Shown here in pieces: positions 16,833 to 24,623 of a stretch of 64,000 bases of DNA (position 1 is its first letter; each line of letters starts with the position of its first letter). The position numbers and the translations under genes were made by a program. Below the pieces are notes generated by a model. It did not search any database, was not told the origin of the DNA, and saw only the letters and a program-made list of their open reading frames with translations. Origin of the DNA: an uncultured Thermodesulfovibrio sp. (lineage in GTDB: Bacteria > Nitrospirota > Thermodesulfovibrionia > Thermodesulfovibrionales > JdFR-85); NCBI GenBank assembly GCA_964542175.1, contig CAZITN010000001.1, forward strand, positions 8,891-72,890. The letters run 5' to 3'.

Positions 16833-17265
16833 TTGCCTTCCTCCATCCTTCTGCCCTGAGGCGTTCCATCCTCTCGATGCCCCAGGATTTTATCCTTTCA
16901 ATATAGCCCATTGGATCAGTCTTTGCCATTCTGACGATCTCTTCCCTCTCAATGGCACTGTCGATATGGTCACCTGGATAGATACCACGCCACGTAGCGA
17001 GCCCTTCGTCGAAAAGAATCTCCGGGGTCAGGGGAGTACCGGCAAGACGGGGAGTTTTGAGTGACGCAAACTCAGCTATCTCCATGTCATACTCTATCAC
17101 CCAGCCGTTATCGGCAATCATGGATGATGAGTCAATGTTAATCTCACCTGAGCAGCCGGGACAGTAGAGCCTGCTGATAACCTCTGGTGGCATGATCTCA
17201 TCCCTGAAATTGAAACTCGCCCTTCTGGAGCCACAGCTGCAGCCCATTGAATACTCCACACACAT
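16813..17265 (-). CDS. hypothetical protein (150 aa) with N-terminal CxC...CxxC motif
   Basis: SD AGGAGGT lies 7 nt upstream of the ATG. Motifs are GCSCGS...YCPGCSG. No family was recognised. Confidence 0.6.
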   Translation of the reverse strand: MCVEYSMGCSCGSRRASFNFRDEIMPPEVISRLYCPGCSGEINIDSSSMIADNGWVIEYDMEIAEFASLKTPRLAGTPLTPEILFDEGLATWRGIYPGDHIDSAIEREEIVRMAKTDPMGYIERIKSWGIERMERLRAEGWRKANEGQRV

Positions 17266-17325
17266 TTTATATACCTCCTGGACATTTTCTCAAATAACAA
17301 ACGATTTGTCAACCTGAAAATTATT

Positions 17326-17433
17326 TTATCCCTGTTTCTGCATGGTACCGGTAGAGCCACACTCAGGGCACTTCTTAGGTTTGCACCTTCCTTCCTTGGT
17401 TGCACCACATTTGTCGCACTTGAATACCGCCAT
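17326..17433 (-). CDS. rubredoxin-like/zinc-ribbon miniprotein (35 aa), not in ORF track
   Basis: SD GGAGGTG. It translates to MAVFKCDKCGATKEGRCKPKKCPECGSTGTMQKQG. It starts 1 nt after the Fur-family stop codon. Confidence 0.55.
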   Translation of the reverse strand: MAVFKCDKCGATKEGRCKPKKCPECGSTGTMQKQG

Positions 17434-17434
17434 C

Positions 17435-17836
17435 TCATTCACCTCCTTTCTTGCATTTTTCACATATACCATAGAATTCGATATGGTTTCCCAGGACATC
17501 AAAACTCTTCCTTGCCTCGTCCGGAATGAGAATCTCGAAATCCAGATCTACATCAACTATGGTCTTGCATCTCAGACAGATAAGGTGATTATGTGGATGA
17601 ATATTAGGATCGTATCTCTTCCTGTCCGGGTCAATGGTGAGTTCCAGTATCTGTCCCCTTTTCCTCAATGTCTCCAGGGTGTTGTAGACCGTTGCAAAGG
17701 ACATTGTAGGAAACTTCTCCTTTACTGAACTGTATATATCCTCTGCCGATGGGTGTGATGTATTGCCATCAAGATATTCAAGTATCGCAAGCCTCTGGGG
17801 TGTAAGTTTGAGTCCTATTTCACGATACCTTTCCAT
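17435..17836 (-). CDS. Fur family transcriptional regulator (PerR-like by context)
   Basis: Winged-helix N-terminus (LTPQRLAILEYL). HHH-type metal site (HPHNHLIC) and CxxC pairs (CLRC...CEKC). SD is AAGGAG. Confidence 0.85.
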   Translation of the reverse strand: MERYREIGLKLTPQRLAILEYLDGNTSHPSAEDIYSSVKEKFPTMSFATVYNTLETLRKRGQILELTIDPDRKRYDPNIHPHNHLICLRCKTIVDVDLDFEILIPDEARKSFDVLGNHIEFYGICEKCKKGGE

Positions 17837-17846
17837 AGAATCTCCT

Positions 17847-17899
17847 TTATAATAGTTATTAATAAAATTATAATATCACATTAGAATCATTATTGTCAA
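17847..17899 (-). promoter_or_regulatory. candidate sigma70 promoter plus AT-rich Fur/PerR-box-like operator of the perR-like operon
   Basis: The minus strand reads TTGACA-N18-TATTAT. It is followed by TAATAACTATTATAA, which resembles the 7-1-7 box TTATAATnATTATAA and sits just upstream of the SD. Confidence 0.45.
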
Positions 17900-17965
17900 G
17901 TAAAAAATGTAAATACAGGACTAAGTTACCGTAATGCTGCACGGATCATGGAGACCGGAGGGAAA

Positions 17966-18080
17966 GCTTAAGGATAAGGTTTAAGTCAAGGCGTAGAAAC
18001 ATGCGTATAGCGGATAGGGTGCAGGGTCACAGAACAGGCTGAGTAACCTGATAATCAATACACCAATATACAATACTACA
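17966..18080 (-). repeat. family-1 modular intergenic repeat, copy C (inverted orientation, W1-W3-W5-W4 order)
   Basis: The reverse complement reads gtatattggtgtattgattatcaggttactcagcc...ccctatccgctatacgc...ccttgacttaaaccttatccttaagc. Confidence 0.75.
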
Positions 18081-18097
18081 ATGAGCAATGAGAGCCT

Positions 18098-18763
18098 TCA
18101 GGTCTCAAAAGCAAAGCAATGGATGTTTGCACCCTGGGAAAGGGCCTTCCTGGCATATTTGGTCTCAAAGACCCCATTTGTTTTGGCAGAACCCGGTCTG
18201 AAACCTGCCTCCAGAAAAGCCTCCCTGATCACTTCTGCGTAGCCTTGATGATCTGTGGCAGTGACGGCTATGCCGTCTTCAAGGAGCCTTTCCTTGAGGA
18301 GCCTTGTGAAGGAAGGATTGATCAGCCGTCTCTTGTGATGCCTTTTTTTGGGCCACGGGTCAGGAAAGAGGATATAAACTCCTGAAAGAGAGTGGGGTGG
18401 AACAAACTCCCTGAGAAAAAACGCTGCTTCATGCCTGGCTATTCTGATGTTATTAAGCACTGTCTGGGCGGTTGTATTGTATCTCTGGATCTTCCTCAGA
18501 AGCTTGGCAATCCCTGGGAGGTATATTTCAACCCCAATGTAGTTGAACTCGGGATGTTTTACTGCCTGATCAAAGAGAAAATAGCCGCTTCCAAACCCTA
18601 TTTCAACAAAAGTGGAAGCCTCTCTCCCAAAGAGGTCATTGAGATTAACCGGTGGCAGTTCAGGTATGAGAAGTCCTGGAAGGAGTTCCTCCAGGGCAGC
18701 CTTTTCGGCGCCGCTCATCCTCCCGGACTTTCTTCCAAAGGTCTTTACTTTTCTATACAGCAT
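18098..18763 (-). CDS. trmB: tRNA (guanine-N7)-methyltransferase
   Basis: SAM-binding motif VEIGFGSG and FPDPWPKKRHHKRR. Confidence 0.9.
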   Translation of the reverse strand: MLYRKVKTFGRKSGRMSGAEKAALEELLPGLLIPELPPVNLNDLFGREASTFVEIGFGSGYFLFDQAVKHPEFNYIGVEIYLPGIAKLLRKIQRYNTTAQTVLNNIRIARHEAAFFLREFVPPHSLSGVYILFPDPWPKKRHHKRRLINPSFTRLLKERLLEDGIAVTATDHQGYAEVIREAFLEAGFRPGSAKTNGVFETKYARKALSQGANIHCFAFET

Positions 18764-20289
18764 CAGGTGAGGGCGATTATACTCACCCTGTTTCTTCCCT
18801 TCTCCTTTGATTTATAGAGGGCCCTGTCGGCAGTATCTATTATTCTACCTTTTTGGATAATCTTTTTTCCCGGGACGTAGGTTGTCACTCCAAGGCTTAC
18901 AGTGACTTTTGTCTTTGTGCCGTTAAGGTCGAAAGGACATGACTCGATATTCTTTCTGATTCGTTCTGCGAGCACTGCTGCACCTCGGAGTTCAGTCTCG
19001 GGAAGAACCACGGCGAACTCCTCCCCCCCGTATCTTGAGGCAATGTCAGATGCCCTGATTGTGTTTCTGATGATTTTGCCAATCTGCTTCAGGACATGAT
19101 CTCCCCTTTGATGACCAAATGCATCGTTAATCTGTTTAAAATGATCGATATCTATCATGATCAGCGAGAGGGCCCGGTTATACCTTGTTGAGCGATGGAC
19201 CTCCCGGTCCATCAGCTCCTGAAAATACCTGTGGTTGTAAAGCCCAGTCAGGCCGTCCTTGAAGGCAAGGTCTCTGAGGCGCTCATTAGCTTCCTGGAGC
19301 TCCCTCGCCAGGATCTCGGCCCGTTCCTTCTCCTTTCTTAGCTGGAGGACTATCTGTTCGTAGGATCGGTTCATCCTGCCCAGCTCTTCATTGGCCTCCA
19401 TAAGGAGTTCGGAGTAGGGCTTCAGACTTCCTGGATTCAGGTCAAAGATCGAAAGAACCTCTATGGTCTTCAGAGCAACATTGTCTATAAACTGATTAGT
19501 GAAGTGCTCATCCTTTCCGAACTCCCGCTGTAAGTACCGCTGAAGTCTCTCCAGCTTTTCTATTCCCTTGTTGGAGTGATAGAAGGATGATGCCATGTCA
19601 GCCACCTTGAGCACCCTTACAGAGTCCCTGAAGTCCTGGGGAAACCTCACTTCATGATGATACTGAATGGGGATATAGATATTTTCAGGAAGCCCCCACT
19701 TCTTGAGGAGTTCCGATCCCACGGACTGATGATCAAATCCGAACACCTTCTGTTCAGCAGCACTCAGTGAATGACCGGAAACCCTCTTTTCGTCAAGCGT
19801 CATCTGGTAATACTCAGGGTAACACATAAAAAGGATGATTACCCCTATGTCCATGAGAAGGGCAGTCACAAATGTATCGTCAGTCTTTTTTCCTATCTCG
19901 ACAGCTATGATCTCCGAGGCCACAGCATTGGTGACAGACCTCTTCCAGAAGAGATTGAAATCAAAACCGCCATCCTTTGTTTTTATCATATTAGAGACTA
20001 TCATGAAGGAAAGGGCGATGTTCTTGAGTGCATCCACTCCGAGGATGCTTACCGCTTTTTCAAGACCGTCAACCTTGTATGGCAGGGCGTAAAAGGAGGA
20101 GTTCACAATGCTCAGGATCTTCGCAGTAAGGGCAGGATCGGATGATATAATCCTTGAGAGTTCTTCAAAGGAAGAATCCTCCTTCTTTACCGCCTGGAGC
20201 AATCTTACGGCGATGGCAGGCGGAGAAGGGAGTTTAATGGAGTTACAGCCAGGCTTCTTTATTTCCATTGTTGTCATTGCAGACCTCAT
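18763..20289 (-). CDS. HDOD domain / coiled-coil / GGDEF diguanylate cyclase
   Basis: N-terminal HDOD domain (LPSPPAIAVRLL...). C-terminal GGDEF domain with an intact GGEEF site. Confidence 0.88.
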   Translation of the reverse strand: MRSAMTTMEIKKPGCNSIKLPSPPAIAVRLLQAVKKEDSSFEELSRIISSDPALTAKILSIVNSSFYALPYKVDGLEKAVSILGVDALKNIALSFMIVSNMIKTKDGGFDFNLFWKRSVTNAVASEIIAVEIGKKTDDTFVTALLMDIGVIILFMCYPEYYQMTLDEKRVSGHSLSAAEQKVFGFDHQSVGSELLKKWGLPENIYIPIQYHHEVRFPQDFRDSVRVLKVADMASSFYHSNKGIEKLERLQRYLQREFGKDEHFTNQFIDNVALKTIEVLSIFDLNPGSLKPYSELLMEANEELGRMNRSYEQIVLQLRKEKERAEILARELQEANERLRDLAFKDGLTGLYNHRYFQELMDREVHRSTRYNRALSLIMIDIDHFKQINDAFGHQRGDHVLKQIGKIIRNTIRASDIASRYGGEEFAVVLPETELRGAAVLAERIRKNIESCPFDLNGTKTKVTVSLGVTTYVPGKKIIQKGRIIDTADRALYKSKEKGRNRVSIIALT

Positions 20290-20345
20290 TTCCGGGGTTT
20301 ATGTCTTATCGGACAGAATGGAAAATACTTTAGAGGGATGAAACT

Positions 20346-21173
20346 TCAGACTGTCTCAACAACCATTGTCCAGTACCTGCTGAACCTCTCTGAAGCGGCA
20401 TGGGCCGACTCCCTGTCATCGAAGAGGCCAAAAACCGTGGAACCGCTCCCGGAAAGGAGTGAGACTACCGCCCCGGCCTTGGAGAGTTTCTCCTTGAGGT
20501 CCCTGAGCTCAGGATGGAGACGGAAGACAGGTGTTTCAAGATCATTGGAAGCGGTTCTCAGGAGATAGCGGTCTCCCTCATTCAGGACCATATTTATAAC
20601 CTCCTGCTCGTCCACAGGCTCACTGTATCTCTCTATGTTCTGGTAAACAAGACCGGTTGAGACACCAAAGGATGGTTTTACTAAGAGGATTGTCTTTTTT
20701 GTATGGAGACCAACGGGTTTTACGAGTTCACCTCTTCCGGTGACAAGAGAGAGAGTTCCTGCTATAAAGAAAGGGACATCTGACCCAATAAGGCTGCCCA
20801 GTTCCATGAGTTCCTTCTTGGAGAGGCCAAGATCCCAGAGTCTGTTAAGACCGATAAGGGTGGTGGCGGCGTCACTGCTTCCCCCACCGAGGCCTGCCTT
20901 CATGGGTATCTTCTTTGTATACTCTACTGAAGCCCCGGCTTTTACCTTCCCGTACTCCATGATAAGACGGGCTGAACGGCAGATCAGGTTTTCTTCTTCA
21001 GGGATGAAAGGGGAGCCTGAAACCGTGAGCCGCCCGGAAAGACTGAAACTGAGGGTGTCATACAGGGATATCGGCTCCATGAGTGAGATGATCTGGTGAT
21101 AGCCGTCAGGCCTCTTGCCCGTTACTCTCAGAAACCAGTTGATCTTGGCAGGAGCCCTGAGAGAAAACATCAA
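20346..21173 (-). CDS. ispE: 4-diphosphocytidyl-2-C-methyl-D-erythritol kinase
   Basis: GHMP kinase motifs (APAKINWFL, PMKAGLGGGSSDAA). Confidence 0.92.
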   Translation of the reverse strand: MMFSLRAPAKINWFLRVTGKRPDGYHQIISLMEPISLYDTLSFSLSGRLTVSGSPFIPEEENLICRSARLIMEYGKVKAGASVEYTKKIPMKAGLGGGSSDAATTLIGLNRLWDLGLSKKELMELGSLIGSDVPFFIAGTLSLVTGRGELVKPVGLHTKKTILLVKPSFGVSTGLVYQNIERYSEPVDEQEVINMVLNEGDRYLLRTASNDLETPVFRLHPELRDLKEKLSKAGAVVSLLSGSGSTVFGLFDDRESAHAASERFSRYWTMVVETV

Positions 21174-22900
21174 TCTCCGGAGAGCTTCTTGATCTTTTCC
21201 TCCAGCTTCTCTTTTATCCCCTCTTCCTTTTCGTGAAACTGGAGGGCCTTCCTGTAAGCCTTCAATGCCTCATCTGTCTTGCCTAATTTCAGGTAGATAT
21301 CTCCGAGGTGATCGTAGATCACAGGGTCATTGTTAACAAACCTTACTGCTTTTTCAAGGCTTTCAAGAGCCTTGTCATACCTGCCCAGTTTGTAGTAAGC
21401 CCATCCAAGACTGTCAATGATGTACCCGCTTTCAGGCTTGAGGGAGAGGGCCTTTTTGATGAGGTCCAGCGCCTCTTCCAGGTTGATTCCCCGTTCGGCA
21501 TAACTGTATCCCAGGTAATTCAAGGCATCAGGATGTTCAGGATTTATTTGAATGGTCTTCTTGAGTTCACTGACCATCTCATCAAAATCCCCCTTCTTCT
21601 CATAGACCACGGCAAGATTGAAATGGAGTTCATCGTTTTCAGGGAACTTCTCAAGACCCTTCAGCAGGGTCTCCTCCGCCTTTTCCGTCTCCTTTATCTT
21701 GAGGTAGTCCTGTGCCATGTAGACATAATAATCCGCTTTTGAATCAATGGAAAGTATCTCCTCATATGTCTTTACAGACTCTTCATACCTTTCCTCTGCT
21801 CCGTAGAGAAAGGCAAGATGCAGTAAGGCGTTTAGATTCTTTGGATCGAGGCTGAGAAGCTTCTTGAGTTCCTCTATTGCCTCATCATACCTCTTCAGCA
21901 TCTCCAGGGAAAGGGCAAGGTAGTAAAGCGTTGCCCTTTCATCAGGCTTACCCTCAAGGACCATCCTGAACTCGGTGACCGCCTTTTCATACTCCCGCTC
22001 CTGAAGATAGAGGAGGCCCAGCCTCTTGTATATCTCCAGGTTTTTCGGGACCTGCTCACTCAGGTTCTCAAGTTCCCCTATCGCTTCAGGAATCTTTTCC
22101 TCTTTGATATAGAGGCGGCTTAACCGTTCCCGGGCCTGGAGATTGTGAGGATTGTATCGGAGGGCCTTCTTGAAAAATTTTATCGCCTCTTCCTCATCTC
22201 CCTCTCTTTCCTTGATAATACCGATGTTCAGGTAGGCTGCATCAAAGTCCTCTCTCAATTCAAGGGCCTTCTGAAAGTAATCCTCAGCCTTTCCGTAATC
22301 TTTAAGGTCAAGATATATGGAACCGATATAGTAGAGTGCCATGATACTGTCAGGCTTGATGGAAAGGAGCTTGTTGAGTACATCTACAGCCTCGTCGAAC
22401 TTTCCGTCAGAGGCAAGAATCACCCCCAGAAAGAGGTAGGCATCGATATCCGTTGGATCAAGGGAGATGATCTCCCTGTAGATCCCGGCGGCTTCGGCCT
22501 TCTTTTTCTGGCCGTTGTACAGCTGTCCCAAAAGCTTGAGAGCAGGAAGATACTCCGGAAACTTTTCGACTGTTTCTTCTGCAAGTTCTGTTGCCTCCTT
22601 CACCTTGCCTGTCTTCAGGAGGGTAGAGGCTACCTGGACCTTGAGAAAGACCGAAGAGGGATCACTCTTGGCAGCCGCCTGGTAATAACGGAGTGCCTCA
22701 TCCCAGCGGCCCTCCAGTTCGGCCTGATATCCGAGCATATAGTTGAGTGATGACTCCTCAGTAGGGTTTGATGGGTATGTTGCAAGTTGCCTCTTGGGTG
22801 GAGTTGAACGGCTTACCTCAACGACGGGCTGCTTCTCCACAGAAGCACATCCACCCGCAAGGAGCAGGAAAAGCAGTAGTGAGATTATACTCTGAGGCAT
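21170..22900 (-). CDS. TPR-repeat lipoprotein
   Basis: Lipobox LLLAGGC in the signal peptide, followed by more than 10 TPR repeats. Confidence 0.8.
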   Translation of the reverse strand: MPQSIISLLLFLLLAGGCASVEKQPVVEVSRSTPPKRQLATYPSNPTEESSLNYMLGYQAELEGRWDEALRYYQAAAKSDPSSVFLKVQVASTLLKTGKVKEATELAEETVEKFPEYLPALKLLGQLYNGQKKKAEAAGIYREIISLDPTDIDAYLFLGVILASDGKFDEAVDVLNKLLSIKPDSIMALYYIGSIYLDLKDYGKAEDYFQKALELREDFDAAYLNIGIIKEREGDEEEAIKFFKKALRYNPHNLQARERLSRLYIKEEKIPEAIGELENLSEQVPKNLEIYKRLGLLYLQEREYEKAVTEFRMVLEGKPDERATLYYLALSLEMLKRYDEAIEELKKLLSLDPKNLNALLHLAFLYGAEERYEESVKTYEEILSIDSKADYYVYMAQDYLKIKETEKAEETLLKGLEKFPENDELHFNLAVVYEKKGDFDEMVSELKKTIQINPEHPDALNYLGYSYAERGINLEEALDLIKKALSLKPESGYIIDSLGWAYYKLGRYDKALESLEKAVRFVNNDPVIYDHLGDIYLKLGKTDEALKAYRKALQFHEKEEGIKEKLEEKIKKLSGD

Positions 22901-22950
22901 GATATTTAATTATCACATAAAAAAAGGCGGGGGGTCAAACAGAAGGGTGG

Positions 22951-22971
22951 GGCGGGGCTCTGAGCCCCGCC
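22951..22971 (-). terminator. GC-rich hairpin after the 20-aa ORF (possible terminator/attenuator element)
   Basis: GGCGGGGC-ucaga-GCCCCGCC. A second C-rich segment followed by a U-run (ccccccgccuuuuuu) lies about 25 nt downstream. Confidence 0.4.
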
Positions 22972-22981
22972 TTAATGTTCC

Positions 22982-23044
22982 CTAGCAGGAACTCTTGCAT
23001 TTGCAGGTGGTGGACCGGGTCCGGCTGACCTTTCTGATCTTCAT
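22982..23044 (-). CDS. candidate 20-aa Cys/Ser/Thr/Lys-rich peptide (leader peptide or small protein)
   Basis: SD GGGAGGTG lies 5 nt upstream of the ATG. It translates to MKIRKVSRTRSTTCKCKSSC. It has its own strong promoter upstream and a hairpin downstream. Confidence 0.3.
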   Translation of the reverse strand: MKIRKVSRTRSTTCKCKSSC

Positions 23045-23104
23045 GCTGCACCTCCCTTTCATAGGGTTTCCAGCGCTTCATGCGGCAGGATGCTTCTTCT
23101 CACC

Positions 23105-23132
23105 ATTATAGCATATTTTACGGATAATTCAA
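23105..23132 (-). promoter_or_regulatory. candidate sigma70 promoter (TTGAAT-N16-TATAAT)
   Basis: The minus strand reads ttgaattatccgtaaaatatgctataat. It lies about 60 nt upstream of the 20-aa ORF. Confidence 0.5.
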
Positions 23133-23147
23133 TCTCTGAAACAGGGA

Positions 23148-24623
23148 TCAGTCCCTGAGTTTCTCGGGGTCTGCGTGGGGGATGTAACGGGCTGAGGGGA
23201 AGTCCTGCATGAATTCCGCAGAGGTGTTCATCTCCATGTAGGTGATCTTTCCAAGGACTTCATCCACCTCTTCCATGAGTGAGACATCCTGAAGGATCAT
23301 CTCCGCACCGGAGAGTGCTGTATTGCCAAGGGGGACAAACCTTTCAACCGGCACATCAGGAAGCATCCCCAGCGCAACCGCCTTCTCCGGCGGGATGCCT
23401 GTCCCCAGGGCACCTGCAATGTAAAACCTCCCTATATCCTGAAACCCCAGCCCCACGGAGTGAATCAGCACTGACAGGGCTGTAAACATCCCAGCCTTGC
23501 TCCTGAGAAAATTTTCAATCTCCCTTTCTGTGACGTAAACACCGGCATTTCTGACGACCTCCAGTGCCGGCTCACCCTGAAAGTCAATGGTTCCAACGCT
23601 CTCAGTAAACCGGCCCCTCCTGTCAATAAGTCCGTTATGGTAGAGTTCGTAGACAAGGTCCACTACACCGGAGCCGCATATGCCCGTCGGATCATCCCCG
23701 TCAATAGTCTCGTATCGGAAAACCCTCTCTGAAGGGATGTACTCGATCCTCCGGATGCTCCCCTTGCCAGCCTGTCTGCCGGCCCTCAAGATCCCGTCTT
23801 CAAGGGCAGGGCCTGCAGCCCCTGCCCCTGCAAGGAGCCAGTCCTTTGTACCGATTACGATCTCGGCATTGGTTCCCACGTCTATCAGTACGGATGGCCT
23901 TTCCCCCCTGTGAATACCTGAGGCGATTATCCCTGAGATGATGTCGCCGCCTACATAACTACCGGCATTGGGAAAGATATATATCAGTCCGTGTGGGTTG
24001 ATTGTGAGCCCCAGATCTGATGCATGTAGTGACGGGAATCGGTGAGCTACCGGGACATAGGGTTCAACGGGCAGGTTCTCCACAGGGAGATTGAGGAGGA
24101 AATGGGACATTACCGTATTTGCCGAAACAGCCATGGCATGGATATTCAGGGTATCGATGTCGGCCATGGCCGAGAGATCGCTGATGAGGAGATTGATCCC
24201 CCTGATCAGTTTTTCACTCAGTGAGCCTCCCATTCCGGAGGAGGCAAGATGGATTCTTGTGAGGATATCCGTTCCATCTTCTGTCTGCGGATTCCGGAGG
24301 GTTATTCTCTCTGATATTTTCCCTGTCTTCAGGTCAAGAAGGGAGCCGGTAATGTTCGTGCTTCCTATGTCAAGGGCTATGACATAGGCATTCTCAGGCT
24401 GGAGGGAGATGACTTCCCGGGGAGGGATATGGGATATCATGGTGTTCAACTGGAATCCCTGTTTTCTCAGAAGGCCTGGCAGTTTCCTTAGAAGGTCAGT
24501 GGAGATGGTCAGGTCTGCTGTACCCAGGGTATCCCTGAACCTTTCCCAGTCAGCCCGTTTGTCAGAAGGGGAGGGGGGAGGGGCAGTGACTCGTTCCAGT
24601 GAGACAAGGGGCTTCTTCTTCAT
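23148..24623 (-). CDS. ASKHA-fold ATPase, DUF4445 / RACo C-terminal-domain-like protein (no N-terminal ferredoxin domain)
   Basis: Sugar-kinase/actin-like phosphate motifs ALDIGSTN, IDVGTNAEIV and GICGSG. Family assignment is from memory of RACo-like proteins. Confidence 0.55.
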   Translation of the reverse strand: MKKKPLVSLERVTAPPPSPSDKRADWERFRDTLGTADLTISTDLLRKLPGLLRKQGFQLNTMISHIPPREVISLQPENAYVIALDIGSTNITGSLLDLKTGKISERITLRNPQTEDGTDILTRIHLASSGMGGSLSEKLIRGINLLISDLSAMADIDTLNIHAMAVSANTVMSHFLLNLPVENLPVEPYVPVAHRFPSLHASDLGLTINPHGLIYIFPNAGSYVGGDIISGIIASGIHRGERPSVLIDVGTNAEIVIGTKDWLLAGAGAAGPALEDGILRAGRQAGKGSIRRIEYIPSERVFRYETIDGDDPTGICGSGVVDLVYELYHNGLIDRRGRFTESVGTIDFQGEPALEVVRNAGVYVTEREIENFLRSKAGMFTALSVLIHSVGLGFQDIGRFYIAGALGTGIPPEKAVALGMLPDVPVERFVPLGNTALSGAEMILQDVSLMEEVDEVLGKITYMEMNTSAEFMQDFPSARYIPHADPEKLRD

